Assembly: GCA_964548885.1 (NCBI GenBank)
Contig: CAZJSQ010000001.1
Span: 52,782 to 116,781, forward strand
Direction of reading: 5' to 3'
DNA length: 64,000 nucleotides
Source of the DNA: an uncultured Gammaproteobacteria bacterium
Lineage (GTDB): Bacteria > Patescibacteriota > Patescibacteriia > Patescibacteriales > UBA12465
In this document: one piece after another, positions 58,005-64,000 of the stretch
How positions within the stretch are numbered: the first letter of the stretch is position 1
Layout of the letters: each line of letters opens with the position of its first letter
Translations under genes and position numbers: made by a program
Notes under the pieces: generated by a model
What the model saw: the letters and a program-made list of their open reading frames with translations, nothing else
Databases searched by the model: none
What the model was told of the DNA's origin: nothing

Positions 58005-58559
58005 ATGCAAAGATTAATTAATGTTTTGTCGAAAATGGAAAGACAAGTCAGAATTTCCAAACGGCTCCTATGGAGTAGCTATTTCCTCGTTCTCTGCGCA
58101 ATTGTGTTGTTCTTCACTTCCTGTGAACAAAATTGGCCGGAATTAACCCCGACCACCCCAATCATACCCGAAGTGCCCGTCGATGAGTGCATTATAAGTT
58201 TATACCATGCGATAACAACGGATGGTAAATCCCAGGATACTCTCGGGATAAATATCGCGTACGTCGAAAAGGCGTTTAGCCCAGGAAAATGGTTTATGAG
58301 CGGAGATTATAATGCTTGGCCAACTCCGGTTAACGCTCCGGCTATTACCAAAACAACAATTATAAACGGTAAGACCTACCTGATTTGGGGGTCAATCGGT
58401 CAAATCGGGTTAGAGAAATGTAATGGCGGAAAATATCTGGCAGATGGATCTAGCAGTTGGTTTTTCGCGCCGAAATCTATCTATTGGCACGTCAATCCTG
58501 CCGGTGGAGGTGAATTCTGGTTCTATCGTAAAACGGCCGGAGTCTCTAATAATCCATAA
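58005..58559 (+). CDS. Putative lipoprotein with possible carbohydrate-binding/Ig-like domain
   Basis: Lipobox LFFTS-C, Pro/Thr linker, MSGDYNAW motif; start may be ATG 58035. Confidence 0.65.
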   Translation: MQRLINVLSKMERQVRISKRLLWSSYFLVLCAIVLFFTSCEQNWPELTPTTPIIPEVPVDECIISLYHAITTDGKSQDTLGINIAYVEKAFSPGKWFMSGDYNAWPTPVNAPAITKTTIINGKTYLIWGSIGQIGLEKCNGGKYLADGSSSWFFAPKSIYWHVNPAGGGEFWFYRKTAGVSNNP

Positions 58560-58584
58560 ATACCCTACCAGGTACAAAAAGAAT

Positions 58585-58614
58585 AAAGCCCCAGCTTAAC
58601 GCCGAGGCTTTTTT
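58585..58614. terminator. Bidirectional terminator
   Basis: AAAGCC…GGCTTTTTT between convergent genes. Confidence 0.6.
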
Positions 58615-58636
58615 ATTTCTCTCGTAAAATTTTTAT

Positions 58637-59596
58637 TTAAATCCATTTCTTGCTCTTAAAAAACATCAGCATCCCGATGGAACAAAAACCCATTATACCC
58701 AAAATCGTCCAGAAACCCAAAGGATGTTCAACAAAGGGCATATATTTGGCGTTCATCCCGAAAATCCCCGCGAGTAATGTCAGAGGAAAAACAATAACCG
58801 AGAATATGGTCAGAGTTTTCATGATATCGGTCATCCGGTCGTTTAAAATAGATTCATTGGTGCTGTTTAGAACCTCAATCATCTCTTTTTGGTTATCCAG
58901 CATTTCCCAGATACGTTTTGAATTCTCCACCAAGACGGAATAATATTTTTTTATCGCCGTTTTTTCAACCAGGCTGCTTTCCATTTCCATCAGACTCTGG
59001 AGGATATTCTTGTGATTCTGCATGATTTTTCGGATATTGATAATATTGCGCCGGAAGGTCATAATCTTCTCCACGGCCTTTTTCTGCTGCCTCGCGAAAA
59101 TCAATTCTTCTATCTCGTTTATCTTCAAACTACTGTCATCAAGCAATTGGAAACAGTCGTCCAAGAGATGCCCCAAGACTTCATAAAGGAGTATGGCCGA
59201 TGATTCCAGAGAATAAGAAAGCAGGGAATCCGGACTTTTTTTCCCCAAGGAAAAGAAATGCGTCAAGGCTTTTAAAGTATTATTATGGACGGTTATCAGA
59301 TACCCGTGGCCGATAAAAAAATCAACTTCGCCGGCGACTATATTCTCGCCTTTAAGAGTCGGGAAGTGCAGAACCAGACAAATATAGTCATCGCCCTTAA
59401 AAATCATCGGGCGCTGGAAAGAAACCGAAGAGGCCGCCGCCTTTAAATGGGCCAGATTAAAATTATAATTCCGGCGCAAGTAATCGATCTCATCTTTGCC
59501 GGCGTTGACGATGTTTACCCATTTGACGACCGGCACCGTCCGAGGATTGTCGATTTTAAGTTCCTCAATCCTGTCGGTCAGTCTTTTATAAGCCAT
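58637..59596 (-). CDS. corA: CorA-family Mg2+ transporter
   Basis: MKTLTIFS…GIFGMN signature, two C-terminal TM helices, KKWI end. Confidence 0.92.
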   Translation of the reverse strand: MAYKRLTDRIEELKIDNPRTVPVVKWVNIVNAGKDEIDYLRRNYNFNLAHLKAAASSVSFQRPMIFKGDDYICLVLHFPTLKGENIVAGEVDFFIGHGYLITVHNNTLKALTHFFSLGKKSPDSLLSYSLESSAILLYEVLGHLLDDCFQLLDDSSLKINEIEELIFARQQKKAVEKIMTFRRNIINIRKIMQNHKNILQSLMEMESSLVEKTAIKKYYSVLVENSKRIWEMLDNQKEMIEVLNSTNESILNDRMTDIMKTLTIFSVIVFPLTLLAGIFGMNAKYMPFVEHPLGFWTILGIMGFCSIGMLMFFKSKKWI

Positions 59597-59653
59597 AAAA
59601 ATTAAAAAATAAGAAAAATAAAACTTTGACTAAAGCTAATATTTATAATAAAA

Positions 59654-59690
59654 TTAGGGTGTCATTATGAAGAATTTAGGGTGTCATTAT
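59654..59690. repeat. 15-bp direct repeat TTAGGGTGTCATTAT x2 (22-bp period) in the corA/wecB divergent region
   Basis: Copies at 59654-59668 and 59676-59690. Confidence 0.85.
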
Positions 59691-59698
59691 TATAACAT

Positions 59699-60892
59699 AT
59701 GGTCAATATTTTGGGAATAAATTTAAGCGCTTTGAACCGCGGCGCCGCTCTCCAAAAGATCGGGGAATTTTTAAGCGACGGCCGCCAGCATTATCTCGTC
59801 ACTCCGAATCCGGAAATAATCCTTAAATCGCATCAAGACGAAGAGCTTTTTTATATTTTAAATAAAGCCGATTTATCTTTAGCCGACGGTTTCGGCATCA
59901 AGCTGGCGGGGCTTATCGCCGGTAAAAAAATTCCTCGTCTGACCGGCGCCGACTTGACTTTAGACTTACTGGCGCTCGCGCGCGAAAAGAAATTAAGAGT
60001 CGCGGTCTTAAATCGGGAGGGAGGACTTTCCCAACAAACGGCCATCTATGACGCCTTGGCGAAAAAATATCCCGGCTTGGAAACATTAGTTATTGATCAT
60101 CATCGCCATCAGCCGCTTAGCCATGAACTGCTGGAAAAGATAAACGCCTTCGCGCCCGTGTTTTTTTTTAATACTTTCGGTTCGCCTTATCAGGAGAAAA
60201 TAATTTACCACAATCTTGACAAGATGCCGAGCGTTAAAATCGCTCTCGGCGTCGGCGGCGCTTTTGATTTCATCACCGAAAAAATAAAACGAGCGCCGAA
60301 AGCGATGAGAATTATCGGTTTGGAATGGCTCTGGCGCTTAGCGCAGCAACCAAAAAGGATTAAGCGTATTTACAACGCTACTGTCGTCTTTACCGTAACT
60401 TTATTTCGCTCCAAATTCAATCATTTCTTTTATCGTCCTTGCGTCGCCTGTTTCTTATATAAAAAAGGCAATGGCGAAACAGAGGTTTTAATAGTCGAAA
60501 GAGAAGACGACCGCGGTCATTGGCAGTTGCCGCAAGGCGGAACCGACGGCGAGGCTTTGGCAGAGGCCGGCGCTCGAGAATTAAGAGAAGAGCTTAATAC
60601 CGATAAATTCGTCATGGAAGCGGTTTTTAAGAAAACTTATAGTTATCTGTTCCCGCCGGTCAGCCAGCAGAGCCCCTTATCCCTGCAGCGTCGTTTTATC
60701 TTTGATTATAAAGGCCAACGTCAAGGACTGTTCATCGCCGAATTCTTCGGGCGCAATGAAGATATTAAGGTTAATTTTTGGGATCATGCCGGCTGGCGCT
60801 GGGTCGATATCCATGATTTAGTCGCCAGTGTTCATGAGTGCCGCCGCGAAGCCACTCGAATATTCTTAGCTAAATTCAAGTCTTTAAAGTAA
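59699..60892 (+). CDS. WecB/TagA/CpsF glycosyltransferase fused to a C-terminal Nudix hydrolase
   Basis: VTPNPE, ADGFG, G.PYQE, GVGGAFDF, GLEWLWRL; then WQLPQGG..GE….AG.RELREEL. Confidence 0.88.
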   Translation: MVNILGINLSALNRGAALQKIGEFLSDGRQHYLVTPNPEIILKSHQDEELFYILNKADLSLADGFGIKLAGLIAGKKIPRLTGADLTLDLLALAREKKLRVAVLNREGGLSQQTAIYDALAKKYPGLETLVIDHHRHQPLSHELLEKINAFAPVFFFNTFGSPYQEKIIYHNLDKMPSVKIALGVGGAFDFITEKIKRAPKAMRIIGLEWLWRLAQQPKRIKRIYNATVVFTVTLFRSKFNHFFYRPCVACFLYKKGNGETEVLIVEREDDRGHWQLPQGGTDGEALAEAGARELREELNTDKFVMEAVFKKTYSYLFPPVSQQSPLSLQRRFIFDYKGQRQGLFIAEFFGRNEDIKVNFWDHAGWRWVDIHDLVASVHECRREATRIFLAKFKSLK

Positions 60893-60930
60893 TAAGTCTT
60901 GATTATTAATAAGTGTTAATTAATACATAT

Positions 60931-62397
60931 ATGTTTTCTTTCTTATTCGGCCATAAAAGTACAAAACCCCGCCTGCGCTTCGCCCCCTCTCCGACCGGTT
61001 TTTTGCATATCGGTAATTTTCGCACCGCTTTATTCGGCTATCTGCTCGCTAAAAGCCAAGGCGGTGATTTAATATTACGGATTGAAGATACCGACCAAAA
61101 AAGAGAAGTGACCGGCGCGACCGAGAGTTTAATCAAGGTTTTGAAAATTATGGGCCTAGAATTTGACGAAGGCCCGCATATCGGCGGTAAATACGGCCCT
61201 TATATTCAAACTCAACGCTTGGATATTTATCATGAATACTCCGATAAATTATTGGCCGAGAATAAGGTCTATCGTTGTTTTTGCAGCGAAGAGAGATTAA
61301 CGGAAATGCGCGCCGCCCAGGAAGCGAAAAAAGAAGCGCCGCGCTATGATAGGCGCTGCCGCGATTTAGACGCCGGCGAAGCGGAAGCGAAAATCAAGGC
61401 CGGAGCCAAATTCGTTATCCGCCAGAAGATGCCGCTTAACGGGGAAGTGAAAGTCTATGACGAACTTCGCGGCGAGATAATTTTCAAAGCGGCCGATCTG
61501 GACGACCAAGTTTTGATAAAATCCAACGGCATCCCGACTTACCAGTTCGCTAATATCGTTGACGATCATTTGATGGCGATAACGCAGGTGACGCGCGGAG
61601 ACGAATGGCTCGGGTCATTTCCCAAAAATATCTTATTATACCGCGACTTCGGTTGGACCCCGCCAAAATTCATCCACATGCCCTTGATTTTAAATAAAGT
61701 CGGCGGCGGAAAATTGAGCAAGCGCAAAGGCGATGTCTTCGTGGAAGATTATCTGGCCAAAGGCTATCTGCCGGAAGCGCTGATTAATTTTTGCGTCCTC
61801 CTGGGCTGGCATCCGAAAAGCGATCAAGAAATTTGGACACTGGCGGAACTGAAAAAAGAATTTTCGCTGGCCGGTATGGGCGCGAGTCCGGCGATTTTTG
61901 ATACGGCCAAATTGGATTATTATAATAGTTATTACCTGCGCCAAAAATCCGTCGCCGAACTGACTAAGCTCTGCCTGCCGTATTTGGAGAAAGCCGGCCG
62001 CGATATCGGCGACTTAGAAAGAACAGAAAAATTCACAGCCCTGGCGCAAGACCGCTTGAAGATTCTAAGCGAAATCGCAGCGGCGACCGATTTCTTATTT
62101 GAACTGCCCGCTTACGCGCCGGAATTATTGCGCTGGAAAAACTTGACCCCCGAAGAAGCAAAAACTAATCTGGCGCGTTTGAAACCGGAACTGGAAAAAA
62201 TTAATGAGGGTAATTGGACTAAGGACTATTTAGAAATGACTATAATAGACTGGATAAAGGCGGTCGGCGGCAAAAACGGCGATTATCTGTGGCCCCTGCG
62301 CGTCGCTCTGACCGGACTAAAAAATAGCCCGAGCCCGTTTGAAGTCGCGGACGCTTTGGGCCGAGAAGAGAGCTTAAGGCGCCTAAAATTAGCCTAA
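60931..62397 (+). CDS. gltX: Glutamyl-tRNA synthetase
   Basis: RFAPSPTG.LHIG, RIEDTD, VDDHLM, KLSKR; ATG at 60931. Confidence 0.96.
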   Translation: MFSFLFGHKSTKPRLRFAPSPTGFLHIGNFRTALFGYLLAKSQGGDLILRIEDTDQKREVTGATESLIKVLKIMGLEFDEGPHIGGKYGPYIQTQRLDIYHEYSDKLLAENKVYRCFCSEERLTEMRAAQEAKKEAPRYDRRCRDLDAGEAEAKIKAGAKFVIRQKMPLNGEVKVYDELRGEIIFKAADLDDQVLIKSNGIPTYQFANIVDDHLMAITQVTRGDEWLGSFPKNILLYRDFGWTPPKFIHMPLILNKVGGGKLSKRKGDVFVEDYLAKGYLPEALINFCVLLGWHPKSDQEIWTLAELKKEFSLAGMGASPAIFDTAKLDYYNSYYLRQKSVAELTKLCLPYLEKAGRDIGDLERTEKFTALAQDRLKILSEIAAATDFLFELPAYAPELLRWKNLTPEEAKTNLARLKPELEKINEGNWTKDYLEMTIIDWIKAVGGKNGDYLWPLRVALTGLKNSPSPFEVADALGREESLRRLKLA

Positions 62398-62444
62398 ATA
62401 ATAATATTTACAGAAGATAGAAAACGTGGTATAATTAAAGGACT

Positions 62445-63683
62445 ATGAAAATCTTAAAAACTCATCTTCTAAAAATCGGTCTCTTACTGGCGATTTTTAT
62501 CGGCCTGATTTGCGTCGCGCCTTTGACATTCAGCCAATACGGAAGTTTGGATGATGAAATAAATGCTTTAAATCTAAAAATCCTGAACCAAAAAAAACAG
62601 TTGGAAACTCTGCAAGAGCGCCAGCAGGAATATCAAGTCCAGATAGAATTAAAACGAAAAGATAAAATAAATCTTAGCAATCAGTTATCTATATTAGAAA
62701 ACCGTTTAGCCAAGGCGCAACTGGACATTGAGAGCGTTAATATTGAAATAGACAAAACAGGACTGGAGATAAAAAAAATTGAGATTGACAGCGATAATTT
62801 GGATCAGGCGATTGAAAAACAGAAAACCCACATCGCCAATCTTTTACGCTCCATGTACAGGCAGGATCAGATTTCCACTCTGGAGATTTTGCTTTTAAAC
62901 GATTCCTTGTCGGACTTCTTAGACCAAGCCCAATATTTAGCCGACACTAATAAAAAAATCGGAGAAAGCTTAAAAGGCTTAAGAGCCGATAAAAGCCGCT
63001 TGGAACAAAATAAGGCGGCGCTCGACGGGAAAAATACGGAACTGGTCGGCTTAAAAGACAAACTGGAAGAAAAGAAAGATAATTTGTCTTATGAACAGGA
63101 GAATAAAACTTATATTTTAGAAGAGACCCAATCTTCGGAAAAGGAATATCAAGCCTTACTGCAGCAGGCGAAAAGGGAACAGCAACAGGCGGAAGCGGAA
63201 ATTGCCAGCGCCGAACAGCTTATCCGCCAAAAAATGTCTCAGAAAGACAAGACCAGGCTCAACAACGGCAATAATACGATTGCTTGGCCGGTACCGGTCA
63301 ATACCATCGTCGCCACTTTCCACGATCCTGATTACCCGTATCGTAATATTATCGGGGAACATTCGGCGGTTGATATTCGCGCCAAACAGGGAACGGCGAT
63401 TACGGCCGCGGCCGACGGCTATGTCGCTAAAGTTAAGTTTAACGGCGACAGAAGCTACGCCTATATCATGCTTATCCACGGCAACGGCTTAGCCACGGTT
63501 TACGGCCATGTTTCCGCGGTTTATGTCATGACCGATCAATACGTTACGCAGGGACAGGCGATAGGCCGCACCGGCGGTACTCCGGGCGGCATCGGCACCG
63601 GCGGTTTTTCCACCGGACCGCATCTTCATTTCGAAGTCCGTTTGAACGGTTTGCCGGTCAATCCGCAAGAGTATTTGCCGTAA
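62445..63683 (+). CDS. Coiled-coil + M23 peptidase (murein hydrolase, EnvC/CwlO-like)
   Basis: Signal/TM, long coiled coil, HSAVD, YGH, STGPHLHFEVR. Confidence 0.9.
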   Translation: MKILKTHLLKIGLLLAIFIGLICVAPLTFSQYGSLDDEINALNLKILNQKKQLETLQERQQEYQVQIELKRKDKINLSNQLSILENRLAKAQLDIESVNIEIDKTGLEIKKIEIDSDNLDQAIEKQKTHIANLLRSMYRQDQISTLEILLLNDSLSDFLDQAQYLADTNKKIGESLKGLRADKSRLEQNKAALDGKNTELVGLKDKLEEKKDNLSYEQENKTYILEETQSSEKEYQALLQQAKREQQQAEAEIASAEQLIRQKMSQKDKTRLNNGNNTIAWPVPVNTIVATFHDPDYPYRNIIGEHSAVDIRAKQGTAITAAADGYVAKVKFNGDRSYAYIMLIHGNGLATVYGHVSAVYVMTDQYVTQGQAIGRTGGTPGGIGTGGFSTGPHLHFEVRLNGLPVNPQEYLP

Positions 63684-63710
63684 AATTTACGACTGTCAGC
63701 GCTTAAAAAT

Positions 63711-63740
63711 AAAAACCCGATTATAGAAACCGGGTTTTTT
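63711..63740. terminator. Bidirectional terminator
   Basis: AAAAACCCG…CGGGTTTTT. Confidence 0.7.
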
Positions 63741-63759
63741 GAAAAATATCGAATTAATT

Positions 63760-64000
63760 TTAATCTTTCAGCGGATGAAACTTCTTTTGCACTCCTTGGG
63801 CGTAAAGATCGGAGGCGTGGACATAGCGCGTCGTGGTGTCGAGCGATTCATGGCCGAGTAAGACCTGGATCGCGGCCGGATTGGCGCCGGCTTCGGCTAA
63901 ATAAGTGGCAAAACCATGGCGCAAAGAGTGCGCCGAAGTCGGGACGTTAATTCCTAAAATTTCCCGATATTTTTTTATCTTGGCTTGCAAATAATTGGTG
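63760..64000 (-). CDS. C-terminal part of a tyrosine recombinase (XerC/XerD-like), truncated by the window edge
   Basis: HSLRHGFAT, LLGH, TT.RY catalytic motifs, FHP end. Confidence 0.88.
   Translation of the reverse strand, partial: TNYLQAKIKKYREILGINVPTSAHSLRHGFATYLAEAGANPAAIQVLLGHESLDTTTRYVHASDLYAQGVQKKFHPLKD

Noticed and set aside
63760-64000. Tyrosine recombinase as an integron integrase mobilising the solo accessory genes
   Set aside because: Only the C-terminus is visible and it looks like ordinary XerC/D; the accessory genes are dispersed on both strands and I saw no attC-like sites.
1-64000. Alternative genetic code (TGA=Gly, as in Gracilibacteria/Absconditabacteria)
   Set aside because: Conserved genes are full length under code 11, and metG ends at TGA at the expected position.

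Overview
Bacterial chromosomal segment using genetic code 11 (TGA is a stop). The gene set and style suggest a Patescibacteria/CPR genome, probably Parcubacteria (inference): DUF4012, Gmad2+GerMN, wHTH-NTase, trimmed UvrABC and mostly SD-less AT-rich starts. Core genes include rsmI, metG, cvpA, tsaC, ctpA, pyrG, kup, a cold-shock protein, a DEAD-box helicase, a MacAB-like ABC exporter, a P-type ATPase, uvrB/A/C, rplJ-rplL with an L10-leader-like RNA, corA, gltX, an M23 peptidase and a partial Xer-type recombinase. A dispersed surface-polysaccharide locus is also present (DUF4012, Wzy/WaaL-like, two GT4, Wzz-like, WecB). Three things stand out. (1) An AT-rich five-gene island after metG encodes HD phosphohydrolase, radical SAM, nucleoside deoxyribosyltransferase-like, PRTase-like and CYTH proteins, a candidate undescribed nucleotide-modification or defence system. 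(2) Several stand-alone secreted proteins have Bacteroidota-style signal peptides, two of them outer-membrane beta-barrel-like, in a lineage thought to lack an outer membrane. (3) A recurring 5' leader motif resembling the rRNA boxA antiterminator, often next to a hairpin, precedes these genes and also the solo purC, purL, pyrD-like and HAD genes. Also seen: a frameshifted membrane-protein gene, a WecB-Nudix fusion, an unannotated 51-aa membrane protein and an in-frame palindromic insert in the helicase. No rRNA, tRNA, CRISPR array or transposase was recognised. All calls come from reading motifs by eye; no searches were run.
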